A stretch of DNA of 64,000 nt from Mytilus edulis. Its lineage: Eukaryota. Both the position numbers and the translations under genes were made by a program. The notes under the pieces are model-generated. The model had not been told where the DNA came from. It made no database searches and was given only the letters and a program-made list of their open reading frames with translations. The first letter of the stretch is position 1. Every line of letters starts with the position of its first letter. This document shows positions 25,511 through 39,159 of the stretch, one piece after another. Location of the stretch: NCBI RefSeq assembly GCF_963676685.1, contig NC_092345.1, positions 82,460,001 through 82,524,000 of the forward strand, in the 5' to 3' direction.

Positions 25511-26773
25511 TTATGAAGTTCCCTGTACTACATCAATGATAAACATTAAATTGGAACCAATAAACATCATCATATAAGATATAAGAGAAATGTAATCAAA
25601 TGTTTTCGAGACATCTTGCCACGTAACTTCTTTTTCATTTCTATGCGAATCGTCAACCTTCTCTTTCCTAAATAAAGCTTCATCTTTATCTTTATGTCTG
25701 CCAGCCCCAGTACTTTGGCCATCATGAACTCTGTTTTTAGCTCGACAACAAAGCTGGAATGCAACAATTTTCTTCATCCAATTCGGAATTGGCTCATCCT
25801 CTGATTTGAAATAAAATCTAGAGCTCACGATGACGGATCCTACAATTAAACCACTCATCATGAAATCAATCATGAGAAATATACAAATCGAAGAAAGTCT
25901 TGGTAAAGCGGTGGCCGGAAGAAGCGCTTGTGCGATCGTTAGATATAATACAACAGCTAATAAAAGAGTTACTGCAAATCCAATCCTTTCTCCAGAGTCG
26001 GTCGGCAGGAGGAAGACACCAATGTTCAAAAGAACAAGAAAAACACACGGAAGTATTAAAGTCATTGTTAAGAACAGTGGACGTCTCTTGAAGTAGAAGG
26101 TAAAACTTGCCTTTGGTGTTCCTGTGTTATCTACTGTAACATATGTATTACTTAGTTCCCATTCACTATTTATAGAATATAAAGATGTCTGAATCGTTGA
26201 ATTAAGAGAGTCAAAAGTAATGTCTTGAGCAGCATGTCCCCATGTTACTATAAGCAAAGTACATTGTTGAGTATCAAAAGGAAAGTACGTTATATCGAAG
26301 CTGCAAGTGAACTTCAAATTTTGTCCCGGAAGCCATGTAATTTGTCCGTTATAACGTACATACAAGGATAATTCATCCATACCAAACATTGCCATTTCTT
26401 GTGCACTATTTGAATTTATCAGGGGAGGTTTCCAAATAACATTTTCAGGTAAAACAATATACTCTGCATTACCGTGATCGGCAGGGGTCCATGCCATATT
26501 ATTATCTGTCCATTGAATGTTAAAATAACCAGTTATAGAAACTGTTCCATCTACTTCATTAATATTCTGCAAATTCAGTAAATGAAAGTCTATAGATATT
26601 ACTGTAGAACGTCTTAAATCTACCTCAGGTCTTAAGTGCTTGTTATGTCCGGAGGTAAGTGTTGTGTATAAAGAATCCATATCCACAAAAGATGTTGCAT
26701 CGGTGAGGGAAAGAAAACATACACATAGAATTACAAATTTACAACTTGCTTTTCGCTTATTACTGAACTTCAT
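25511..26773 (-). CDS. Single-ORF nAChR-like subunit, type A copy 2 (420 aa)
   Basis: Five amino-acid differences from copy 1; all family motifs intact. Confidence 0.95.
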   Translation of the reverse strand: MKFSNKRKASCKFVILCVCFLSLTDATSFVDMDSLYTTLTSGHNKHLRPEVDLRRSTVISIDFHLLNLQNINEVDGTVSITGYFNIQWTDNNMAWTPADHGNAEYIVLPENVIWKPPLINSNSAQEMAMFGMDELSLYVRYNGQITWLPGQNLKFTCSFDITYFPFDTQQCTLLIVTWGHAAQDITFDSLNSTIQTSLYSINSEWELSNTYVTVDNTGTPKASFTFYFKRRPLFLTMTLILPCVFLVLLNIGVFLLPTDSGERIGFAVTLLLAVVLYLTIAQALLPATALPRLSSICIFLMIDFMMSGLIVGSVIVSSRFYFKSEDEPIPNWMKKIVAFQLCCRAKNRVHDGQSTGAGRHKDKDEALFRKEKVDDSHRNEKEVTWQDVSKTFDYISLISYMMMFIGSNLMFIIDVVQGTS

Positions 26774-29571
26774 TGTATATCAATTGATATTTATTATAAT
26801 TGCACTTCCAATGCTACCTTCAACTTTTAAAAGTTGAACTAAGTATTTCTTTCGCAATAGTAGTTAACGTTGATAATAATTTAAAAGAACACAAGTGTAT
26901 AATGTATTTAATTAAGTTAATGACCCTCGTGTTTACGTAGCATTAAACAATAGATAGCAAAATCTATTTGAACTTAATGGACCTTTTAAATAAATTGTGA
27001 GGGACAACTTATGTGATATTTGATAGAGTCATTGGTCATATAGACAACGTCATTTGATCGTCAAATGTTTGGTTTGAAATTTGTAAAATAAATAATAATC
27101 TGAATAGCAGTAACTATCATACAATAAAACAAAGTAAATCATTTAAATTTTTCGTGGAGCAAGTAATATATTGATAATTCACTCTCCTTTTTTTTTAACA
27201 GCAGGACGATAAGCAAACAATCATCAATCAATTAATATTTATCTTTTAAAACAATTACTAAGAAATGTTGACAAGAAACGAAACTGTTCAATAAATCATT
27301 TTTGATCTTTGTACTCGGGAAACGCACAAATTAATTGAGTAAAGTTTGAAAAATTCGGTGCTGAGAAGTATGCTTTTGTCCTTATAAATTACGTTAGATT
27401 AAACTGAATAACGTCTCTTCATTGAAACTATTTGGACATTCAAAACCTAATACAAACGTTTCTTAGAATTGATATTACCAAACGGACCTCAAGTATAACC
27501 AAACTCAGACAAAAAAATCAAAGACCTGCATTTAAAAAAAAAAAAAAAGTAAAACCACAAAATACTAAACTTCTAGAAAATTTCAAAACGAAAAATACCC
27601 TAAACAACACGAATAGACAACAACTTTCGTATTCCTGACTTGGTACTGGCATTTTCTTATGTAAAAAATGGTGGATAAAACCTGGTTTAATAGCTTAGCT
27701 AGCTTAACCTCTCATTTTTATGACAGTCGCATAATGATCCATTATATTGATAACGATGTGTGAACAAAAACACAATAGGTAAAAATGTTAAAAATAGGGG
27801 TACAGCAGTCAACATTGACTGTGCTATTATCTTAACCACTATAAAAAAAACAAATATGTTAACACAAATATATCATGACGGGATGTACAAGTACAGAGCC
27901 ACGTCATTTGTAACAAAGAAACACAAAAAGGCATATAGACAAACAATTTCCTTCGTTTTTCAATGCATATTTCACAAAAATAAATCGTATTTTCTGGTAA
28001 ATATCGAAGTACTGAACTACTGGGCCGAGGATACATTCGAAGACTTACAGTTCACCAGTGGGGGTATTTGCCCAGTAATGATTATACTAAACGATGCCAA
28101 TTTAACTCGACCAGATAGGCATTTCGAAAAATAGTGTTTCTTCACAGAGGCTTAAGTCCAAGATTACAAATAAACAATCAATGTATGTCAATCTCATTTA
28201 TACTGATCAAAATAAATTTGAATTGAAAATTAAATACAGGAGTTACAATGAATAGTTTAAAGGGTTATTTAAAGTACACTTCGGGTTTTAAATATTTCAT
28301 ATCTGTTGACTTTTGTTAAGGTAGCTCAATATCCGTGCAAATATTACATTAATATTTAGAATACGGTTTGACTAGTTATACAGTTGCTAATTGAGAGAGG
28401 TTTTACCGGAAGGATATTTTGACTGCCATTAAAAATTTGGACAGAAATTTTCATTCTTCTTCATTGCTTTCAATCTAAGAAAATAAACACATGAAGAATG
28501 AAGACTTTCAAAAATCAATTACCTCAAATTCCCCCTTATAAAGCACTCACTTTATAAAGAAAGATATTCAATGATGAGACTCCAGACATAGGACAGACAC
28601 AGGCACTTTAACATTAATTCCATAACAACAAAGTAGCAAAGAAAAAAATACAAAAATATCAGATTGAAAAAAAATTATGATATAGGTGGTATATCAACAA
28701 AATCTCAGGTGCAGGTATAACACTAAATAATTCTGTTTTAAGGAGTAATCTCGGTTATTCATATAATTGTGTGCCGTACCATGGTCATTTTCGGAATATA
28801 TCACATACACCAACATCACGAATACTACAGGAAAACACGTTATTGGGAAATGCCAAAATGACAAATAAAGGCAACAGTAGTATACCGCTGTTCGAAATTC
28901 ATAAATCGATTGAGAAAAAAACCGGATTATAATCTAAAACTGAGGGAAACACATCAAATATAAGAGACCTACGACACAACAGAAACACGACATTAAAATG
29001 GAACACACACAGAAACGAACTATAATATAAAAATGGCCATTTTCCTGACTTGGTACAGGACTTCAATAAAGCAAAATGGTGGGTTGGACCTGGTTTTGTG
29101 GCATGCCAAACCCCCCACTTTTATGGCAATGTCGAATATAACATTACAATGAAAACATTACATGATAGGACTATACACTACAAATAAATGGGAAAACAAA
29201 CGTTTTACTATCTCGACTGTTACCAATGCTATATGATTCAGAGTCTTAGAATATGATATGACATGTAAATGATTGGATATATAAACAAGTAAACATTGTT
29301 TATCAATCTTCGTTTACTTTTCATTGATAAAAATCGTGTCTCCATATTGAATTAATTCAAATATTCTTTTATTCACTTTTGATATACTTTTCCATCATTA
29401 CTCATTAGCTAATACAAAAAGACTATAAGAAAGAATTGTGTACAGCTATTCAACTAACATCTACTATTGTCAATCTAACATTATTTCCGGTTTCGTCAAG
29501 ACTCTTGTGGCTACATTTATGCTGGATACATACATAATAGACGATACGTATCGTGTGAGCCACCTGGTCAT

Positions 29572-29989
29572 GATTCGGGCGTCACTGATGAGTCTTTTGT
29601 AGACGAAACGCGCGTCTGGCGTAAATTTAAAAAATCAATCCTGGTATCTATGATGAGTTTATTTACAACCACTGGGTCGATGCCAATGCTGGTGATTTAT
29701 TTCCCCGAGGGTATCACCAGACCAGTAGTCAGATCACTTCTGTGCTGACATGAGTTATCATTGATATGTTTATAATCATAAATTAGCTGTTACCAAAACT
29801 TTGAATTTTTGAAATACTAAGGCTTTCTACCTCAGGAATAGATTACCTTAGCTGTATTTGGCAAATCTTTTAGGAATTTTTGGTCCTAAATTCTCTTCAA
29901 CTTCGTCTTTAATTGGGTTTTTAACATTTTTTGATCGAGCGTCTGTCGCAAATAAAAAATTTCAATCCTGGTATTTATGATGAGTTTAT
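29572..29989 (+). mobile_element. Retrozyme-like repeat, unit 2
   Basis: Near-identical to 9324-9741. Confidence 0.8.
29579..29622 (+). ncRNA. Minimal type I hammerhead ribozyme
   Basis: Identical to 9331-9374. Confidence 0.88.
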
Positions 29990-32900
29990 TTTATACATAT
30001 CTAGTTCGAATTCACTCCACGTCTGTGTGTTATTTATTATGTGTATCAAGTATAATGGACTGCCAATGATACAACTATCTACCGAACTTCAAATGAAGTG
30101 GATGTGTCTTCATGAATGAGAAAAACACATATCGAATAGTCGGCTTTAAAAGGCCTGACATAACAAATATGAAACAATTTAATTGAGTAAACCAACGGCC
30201 TAATTTATAACAAAACAATTACCAAAATATACTTAACAACTTAAGTAACACACCACCTTCATCAATTTCTTTGCAGTACAAGTGAATTTTTTAAATTATT
30301 ATATATGGTCAAATGTGGTATGTAAATGTATTACTGAAAATACGCCTATTAAAACGTTTAAACCCGCTTTATTTGTATGCACCTATCGTTAGTTAGGAAC
30401 CTGATGTTCAGTGGTAGTCGTTTGTTGATGTGTTTTATAAGTGTTTCTGGTTTGTTGTTTTTGCATAGATTACCCCGTTGGTTTTCGTATTTGATTGGGT
30501 TTTTTTTTCGGGATGGGGGATTGATAGCTTGTGTTTGGTCTAAGATAAGGCTTCGTGTGTAAGGCCGTACTTTGACCTATAATGGTTTACTTTTAATGGA
30601 CTTGAATGGAGAGTTGTTTCATTGGCACTACATCTTCTATTATTATACCTTACATATATTTCAAACAATTCTATTGGGTGATACGTTATCACGTGACATG
30701 GAATAATTCAGTTAATTAAGGAATAACAGTACTATAGTTGAAGAGTTGCCACCGTCAATTGTAGATTTGACGGTCGAAAATGCAGTTTTACTTGCGACGC
30801 GTAGCGGAGACCGTCAAACGGAGATTTGCGACCGTCAAATCAAAATTGACGGTGGCAACTCTTCAACTACAGTACTGTTATTCCGATTATGTTGCATTAC
30901 AAAAAGAAAAAATACGATAAAACTTGATAAGTTGTCTAAATTTGACAAATAGAAAAAAAATCCGCGAAACGTCATGAAAGCTTTTGGCACAAAGACGTCA
31001 TGGCTAAACGTGACGTCATACAAATGAAAAATTACAAACTGGAGGTTATTACGTTACCTGTACGCTTCAAATTCGGATAAAATTACATTAAAACGGCGAA
31101 TTCGAGGTAGGTGTTGTTTTATTTTCGATTATATAGTAGTAATCGAACATTTGTTGATTCAACCAATTCAAAATGGCGGGTCCCTTCTTAGTTACGCCTG
31201 GTCAACTGTGGATTTGACGACAACTTTTAGCCAATGAAAAAAAATATTACATCCAAATTGCATTCGAAATTTCTTTCAATTGCAAGGAAGGACGAATAAC
31301 CCTAAACATTTACACTAGCGTTGAATAACCCTATTATTAACCGGGGAATAACCTTTTGAGTTTGTTGATTTGTACTTGAGTTACATGAAAATGACGTAAC
31401 AGACGTAAATAAACAAAATGGCAGCATTCACGCTACACTGGAAGCCCATCGAGAGACGACGAAATAAGGCATTGGACAGGAATAGAGCTGAGAGTGCCAG
31501 AAGCAGATGATATCTCTTATAAACGGTCCTTTTCGGGGCCATCAATATTTTACGAAAAGATTCTACTTTTGTTGTAATTTCAAGAAATGCGAACACAAAT
31601 GTATTTTCAAATGTCAGTATGTGTGTTATGTTAAAAATATAGACTAGTTAGTGTTCGAAATGCCCTTCCACTGTTAATTCGGTATAATAAAACAATTGTT
31701 GCCCCTTAGAATGGATGAATATCCAAAATTGTCAACCCTTAAAAGTTATTTCACTTCGGGCTGCGCCCTCAATGAAATAACCTTCTCGTGTTGCCAATTT
31801 TGGATATTCACCTTTTCAACGGTCCATAATTGTATAATATCTATCCAAAAATAAGTAGTCCAAGAAGGACTATACCATTATAGTGTTTTTTTATTGGAAC
31901 ATCACTAATAAATCAGGACAGTATATCTTTGCTAAAAAAGAAAATATTGCCATAAAGACATTGATTAACTTATTCATGTTTTCTTGAATTTGATACATTC
32001 ACTATAATATGTGCCAATTCGACAAGTTCTCAAAACATCTATTCTTGTTTGGCCAAAATTGAATCTTCACGTCCTGCTCTTGTAAGACTTGATGATTTTA
32101 TATATGATGTCTTGAATTTTTTACCTTTAACGGGTTTAAGATAAGATATTTTTTTTATATTCTATCAATTGTACGTGATTAAATGTTGGTTTTGCATTAA
32201 TCAATTTATATAACTATAACGGTAATAACAATTTCTCCCTTTAGAATGTAACCTAAACATTGTTTTCGTCTAAATTATATGACGTTATACAAATACAGTG
32301 CAAATTTACGGAACAAATAAGTTTATTCTTTTGATAAATTAATAGCATTTTATTATGAATTAATTTCAGGTTCTTAAACATTTATTTGACGTAATTACTT
32401 CATTCATTACTAATGAGTACATTAATGATTTTTATCTTCATGATGTAGTCAATGTTTCATCATCAGTCATGACCTTAATTTGACTGTCGATTTTCCCCTG
32501 CGAAAGCTATGGATGCTAAGTACTTGACTAGTAAATGTGAACTCCTCAAATTTTGGCTGTCTTAATTATAAGCATAGAGTGTTAAAGATGATTTGTTTCC
32601 TCTTTTTAACGGAAAGGAGGCATATTATTATTTTTTTCGCTTTGTCTACCATGTTTTAGTAAAAAGAAAAGATGCGGAAGATACTAAGGGGACATTCAAA
32701 ACTCATAAGTCGATGACACAGTAACAATGCCTTAGCAAAAAATCGATGATAACAAAAAGACAAACAAGTCCACAAACACTTCATACAAAACTAAAAAGGA
32801 ACGCCACAAAATACTGTAAGTGATCTTAGGTGCTCCCATGGGATAAGAAAATGTTTTCAACTAGTGGCATGGATCAACTTAATTGGTCAAGATAAGTACA

Positions 32901-33618
32901 ATTTAGGTAATAAGTCTCATTCTGTCATGTTACAATCGTGTACAAAATGTGGAAGATTGTAGTAATGATATTTTAAAGCATATCCGCTGATATCTCCGAC
33001 ACAGATATCCCATAAATTTCGTGAAAGCGTCAATAAAAATTTCAAAGGGGTGAATTCAACCTAAATACTTCGAACCCTTGTTTTAATAGCTTCCTTGAAA
33101 GCTGTTATCATCTAACAAGGAAATCATTATAAGAAACATGGAATATCGTATCAACTGGGAGATATATATATATTCATCTTACCTCCTATACATTTCTAAG
33201 AATATCATTGGTTAAAAGCAACCTCGTGGAGACCGTGTATATTCCATTTCAGGTTAGTAGATGGGTGGAGCTTTTCAATACACGGTTAGTAGGGGTGTTA
33301 CGTCCCTTTATAAAAGCAAAACGGTACTGACAAAAAATCATAAAGGTTTCAACAGACAATGAAAGATAGAAATAAATACATAAAACACATTTTAAGCTTA
33401 CAAGTGGTGCTTGTTGACATTCGTTTTTGAATGATCAACATGATCAAAGGAAGTATAAAATTGAGAATGGAAATGGGGAATGTGTCAAAGAGACAACAGC
33501 CCGACCATAGAACAGACAACAGCAGAAGGTCACCAGTTTCTTAATGCTTATGATATTGAAGACTATGATATGTCACTAGACTAATGCAACATGTTAAAAT
33601 AGTCGGTAAGATAAATTC

Positions 33619-33758
33619 GTTACATAGTGCACTAGTGACTTAATACGGTATATATGGGGGCAGTAAATTCCATATGGGGATTTGAGCTCTGCTCTCACCC
33701 CATATGGAATTTACTGACCCCATATATACCGTATTAGGTCACTAGCACACTATGTAAC
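33619..33758. repeat. 140-bp imperfect palindrome (about 60-bp arms)
   Basis: GTTACATAGTG...CCATATGGGG / CCCCATATGG...CACTATGTAAC. Only the left arm is present in unit 1 (13378-13438). Confidence 0.9.
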
Positions 33759-33954
33759 TAATAGTACAGGCGATAATTGAATGTTGTTAGGTATCAAATT
33801 TGGTATGAGTGCCAAAGAGAAAACTCTCAATCAAAGTCACAATTTTTAAAAAGTAAACCATTATAGGTATCCATTCATAGAGATGAAAAGTTCACATTTG
33901 ACATCATACCTTTTGTCGTAAAGGCTTTCAACCGACCTTAAGTTTCAATATATA

Positions 33955-36313
33955 TGTCGTGACCATGTTATTATTTTGTACAGGATATTACTTGTACAAA
34001 CATTTTATACAAGTTATTACTTGTATGAATCCATCATACAAGTAATTACTTGTATGAATCCATCATACAAGTAATTACTTGTACAAATACAATTGTACAA
34101 GTAATTACTAGTACAATTTTTACTGAGAAAAAGATAATAACTTGTACAAATCATTATATTTGATTTTCTCAAGAAATCGCTTCCCTTCAAACAAATAATG
34201 TATGACTTAGACATAAAGGTATAAATTTTCAACATGTGTACTTTTTGAAAAACAAATATATAAGCATAACTTTTAAAAAAAAACTTAAGGGTAAAGATGG
34301 AAAACAGTGTAGAAAAAAAATATCAAGAGATAATTAACTCTAATAATTGGATTTCACACGCGTAAGATAGTACAGAGAGAAAATAAGTAATGTAAAGGAA
34401 GCCAAATTAAGTTCCAAAACAAAAGCACTTCAAATATATTTCTTATGACAGAATGGTGTTTTGAATGTAGCAGTAATTGAAAAACACATTCGCAAAGGAG
34501 ACAAAATTGTTTATATTGTGCAGTTCATGAACTTTACCCTTTGATAAGAACAGCACATGCCAAAAGATGATTTAAAATATTTAGAAATTGGAGACAATGT
34601 TACAGTGAAATAGTACACAGAGGTCTGATTGACTGTAGAAATATCGAAGGAGTTGTACTGAATATTGCCGAAAATTGAAAAATAGGAACAAAAATTTGGA
34701 ATCATGATTGGTTTAATGAGTCGAAATTAAATTGAAAAGATTCAGAGAAAGGATTTGACAATGTTGGACATACCAGAGAGCACTAAGGTTAACGTCATGG
34801 AAGCAGCAAAAGTGCTTTCTCTAAGTGGTGACCAAGATTATGTTCACTGCAGTTATCGGGGTGGCTGTAAGACCGGCAAATGTAAATGAAAAGATGGAAC
34901 TTATTTGGTAATTCCAGGTGTCATGCTTCCTTGTATTGTGCAAACAAATAGGTTATTTGATCTATTAGGCTTTACCTTTAATTCAAATATATGATATTAC
35001 ATATGCAACTTTTTATCATGATTTATTTTTGAAAATAAATTGTAGAAGGGTTTTATTTTATTTTTGATTTTAACGACTTTGTCACTTTGCACCAGTAGTC
35101 CGTATTTAAGAGACAACAAGCAGTTAAGCTAAATTTGCTCAAGGTCTCCTGCTAGGTTACTTTATAACTCTGCGTTCGTCGTGTGTCTGAATTCTTCTAA
35201 CATTTAAAACATAATACTAATATAAAAAGATGTTATAGAATTGCCAATGAAACAACTCTCCACAAGAGCCCAAATGGCACAGAAATTGAAAACTATAGTT
35301 CACCGCATGGCCTTCAACAGTGAACAAAGCCAATACCACATAGCCAGCTTTAAAAGGCCCCGAAATGGCAAATGTAAACAATTCAAACGAGCCTTATTTG
35401 TGTATAAAAATGAACGAAAAAAATATGTAGCACATCCACAAGCGACAACCACTGAATGACAGGCTCCTGGCATGGAACAGGCACATACATAATGTGGCGG
35501 GGTTAACCATGTTAGTGGGATCCCAACCCTTCCCATTCCTGGGACAGTGGTGTAACATTAGAAAATAAGAACGAACTATAAAAATCAGTTGAAAAAACTT
35601 AACTCATCAGATGGATACAATCAGAAATGCTTTACAGAGTGGACGTGGCCGGATACTTGTATATCCCATGCAACAACCAAAAAACAACAACAACACCAAG
35701 TTCAGAATACACATTTGAAAAAAAAAACCAAAAAACAAACAAACACATAAGGCCGTTAGTTTTCTCGTTTGAATTGTTTTACATTGTCTTATCGGGACCT
35801 TTTATAGCTGACTATACGGTATGGGCTTTGCTCATTGTTGAAGGTCGTACGGTGACCTATAGTTATTAATGTCTGTGTCATTTTGGTCTTTTGTGGATAG
35901 TTGTCTCATTGGCAATTATACCACATCTTCTTTTTTAAACAATAAAGATTTCAAAAATACATACGCTCTATGACAAGAAAATATAAACAAACACATAAAT
36001 AAATACGAGCAAACAGTTAAAGAAAAATAATACCCGACAATTGACAAAAAAATCCCAGACTTACTTACTCAAACATCTCAAAGAGAGGAGTTTTTCAATA
36101 AAACATTTTGTTTAAAGCAAAAGTAAAAGCACATACAACTCGAAGATATTGTGTTGTACAAGTTATTATCTTTTTCTCAACAAAAAATGTACAAGTTATT
36201 ACTGGTACAATTATATTTGTACAGGTAATAACTTGTATGATGGCATTATACAAGTAATTACTCATACAAAGTTTTTGTAATAACCTGTACAAAATAACAA
36301 AATGTACACGATA
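33955..36313 (+). mobile_element. Ginger2/Tdd-like integrase DNA transposon relic with about 200-bp subrepeated TIRs
   Basis: Termini TGTCGTG...CACGATA in TA-rich flanks, and TIRs built of TACAAGTAATTACTTG units. The internal remnant at about 34750-34951 reads EAAKVLSLSG..VHCSYRGGCKTGKCK..NSRCHASLYCANK*, like the Cys-rich tail of KRBA2/SCAND3-type integrases. Confidence 0.68.
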
Positions 36314-36611
36314 TATGTAAGTCAAGACATGATGCTGACTTTCTCTAATTGTGGAATATTTTTTTTCAAATTTGAAGAGATAAATGCGTCCAACGAAGTC
36401 CCTTAACTTTAAATTATTTGTTGAGAGGACATTATCTATAATGCTGAAACATGAAGTTGAAGGAAAACTATGAGAAGTTTTACAGCGCCCGTTGAGTGGG
36501 TAGTTTTACAATTATCCCTAAAACGTATGTGAATAAATGGTTACGAAATTTAGTGATGTAGGTTTTTTGACATTTATTTGTAATGTGTTTTTATGTGTTT
36601 TTTCTATAAAG

Positions 36612-38424
36612 GAGTCAGAATATTCAGTGGGCCTCTAGTTTGGCCTACCACAGATGAAAATGGATTGCATTATGTAAAATATCCAGTAAGTCATCCATTC
36701 AACTTAACTTTTTTAATTAGCGTGGTCTCCTTATGTCTCTTTGAAACTTCTTCCAAATGATTTCAAAAAATATTTAGAATAAATAATCAGCTCAGCAGTG
36801 AGTGCTTCAATATTGACAGGATTTACAATATAATGACATAGATGTGCTATTGATAACATTAGAAATTAATATTAAGAAACTAAGGTTCCAACTCCCGTTG
36901 CAGAGATGGATTTGGCTATTCTTTATGGTCCCATTCGGTCTCATCTCCTCAAAAACTCAAATACTATAAGATCCTTGACTTTCAAAAATTAAGTGAGCAT
37001 CTTTTATCGAGAAAATTATTTCTGATGGCCAAAAGCTATGGCAGATTCAAGTTGGATCATTGTATCTTTTTATATATTCAATACTGGTAGTTGACTCCTA
37101 TTCCAGTCAAGTCACAATATTGGTTAATTGTATGTCAAAGTAATTCTATGTCAATGGAATCCCTTAATTGAAATGTGAGGTGATATTGTCACAATCTGTG
37201 AAATTTTGATATATAGAAAATACAATTTACATCCAAAAAATCTTATTGAGATGTTGCAGTTTGCTGTGGTCGGTTCACTGGCTCAAGTATAAAAATGTTC
37301 AAACTGAGCAAAAGAAAAAGTTGAATGACGTTGCTTTCATGAAACAACAATGTTTTGATATATATTGGTAACTAAATGAAGGCTTGATTTGCTATACCAT
37401 GTATTCACTATACAAACTATACATATATAGTATTTACAAGAAGTGTCCTTTTCTTTTTACCACATCAGACTATTAGGATATTTTTTCTTTTCCTCAAAGA
37501 AATATTTCACTAAAACTTTTGAATTTTTATCATTTATTGGGAAAATTCTATTTTATGTCAAATCTGACATATCAAAATATTGGTACATTCATGGTAGATA
37601 ACTTTTATCCACAGCACATGCAGATATTAAAATACCAGCCATTTGCCTGCCCATGCTGCCTTCCAGCACTGATCAACTACTTTTACAGGAGTTATGTTCC
37701 CTAGAAATGTAAATTCTATATAGATAGAAAATTGCATTGTACTTAAATGCTAATATCAAAGGTTTATGTCTTGAACAACATTGAAAATCAATGCCTATCA
37801 ACTATTTATTCAAGAATAGTTTCCCTTTGAAATGGAAATTTTATTGAATTTTGGACAGATAAAATATATGTTTTGGCAGGGCACTGCAGAAAGTTTTATT
37901 TTCTTAAAATTAGTTTTAAAGTTTTATCTTTCTTGCATGCTTAAATTCTTATTTTATTAAAGTTTTGTTTTTACTTTCCAGGTAATTGGTAAAAATGAAG
38001 TTTCAGTGCCGACCCTTTGTATAAAGTGATAATTATAGAAAATGACAAATCAGAACCATTAGGACTTGGTGCTTTTATTGTTCCAAATCAGCCAATAGGA
38101 TTTGAGCATAGCTTGAAAGATTTCCAAGTTGATCTGAAAAAACTTGAAAGGTCTTCTGGAATAATATTCACACCAAAACTTGACACTGTGAAAATCCCTG
38201 ATTTGTGTCAGATAGATTCATGTAATTTGATTAAACGAGACAAATTTGAATTGTACATGATTGGGAGAAAATTACAAGGAGCTAGAAGTCTAAAATATTT
38301 AGAGAAAATTTGGTCAGAAATTGAAACAAAAAACTTAACTCCTGATAATTATTTGATTAATCTTTACAATAGCCGAAAACTGGAACTAAATTATGAAGAA
38401 AAAGTTGTAAGAAATAAAGGTTGA
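36612..38424 (+). pseudogene. EXOG: 3' fragment of mitochondrial nuclease EXOG (two exons, one intron, 1-bp frameshift)
   Basis: Exon 36612-36685 reads VRIFSGPLVWPTTDENGLHYVKYP, followed by GTAAG...TTCCAG. Exon 37982-38424 reads VIGKNEVSVPT, frameshift, LYKVII..EPLGLGAFIVPNQPIGF..FQV..LE..SG..C..DSC..RKLQGARSL, matching the EXOG C-terminus. No N-terminal exons were recognised. Confidence 0.82.
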
Positions 38425-38550
38425 AAAAAAGTCATTGGGTTTTTTACTGGTTTTAGTAAACTTATGAAGAACAGGCACATAGTAATATTAACAATAGCTT
38501 TTACTTTTATTATGGTAAAAGCTTATATTATGAAGTTGTGTCTGTTGTTA

Positions 38551-38950
38551 ATTAGGGCCCTGCCGAAATTGCAGAAGCCCTATAGGGATCAGTTTGTCTG
38601 TCAGTCCATCCGTCCATCCCTCTGTAACAAATTGTGTACGCTCTATACCTAGAGAACCCTTATAACTTCATACTTTATACTTGACATGTATATTAACAAA
38701 CACCAGAGGGTGTGTCATAATGTCTGTATAACTTCCTAGATCAAAGGTTAAGGTCAAAAACTTTAGTTTCAGTTGACAACCTCATGTCCTATAGTAAAGA
38801 CAGTTCAGTTCTATATCTTGAGATCCGTTATGATTTCAAAGTTTATACTTGACATGTATATTGATCGACACCAGAGGGAGTGTCATAATGTATGTACAAC
38901 TTCCTAGGTCGAAGGTCAAGGTAAAAAACTTTGAATATGTCCTGTTCCTC
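38551..38950 (+). mobile_element. Helentron-associated (HINE-like) element fragment
   Basis: 5' stem-loop AGGGCCCTGC..GCAGAAGCCCT, (GTCC/GTCT)-type microsatellite, and two repeats spaced about 170 bp containing TCAAAGGTTAAGGTCA-like motifs. Confidence 0.55.
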
Positions 38951-39159
38951 AGAAAACCACATTCCAATGAACTTTAAATTAAGAACAATTTTGATGGAAG
39001 GAGGTCATCTTAATATCTTGATCTTTTTCTTGATATTGACACAGGTAGACGATTTCAAACTAGAATCAATGACAAACGTGATGATTACAACTCTCTAAAT
39101 GTCAACTTCACATTTCCCAACAGTAAACCATTCTCTGTTATTTTTACTGTTTGCAAAAG

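Noticed and set aside
33990-34150. CRISPR-like regularly spaced repeats
   Set aside because: No unique spacers or cas genes; these are transposon TIR subrepeats in eukaryotic DNA.
36541-36570. Possible additional upstream EXOG exon end (TKFSD then GTAGGT)
   Set aside because: Too short, and the splice phase does not match the next acceptor; unsupported.
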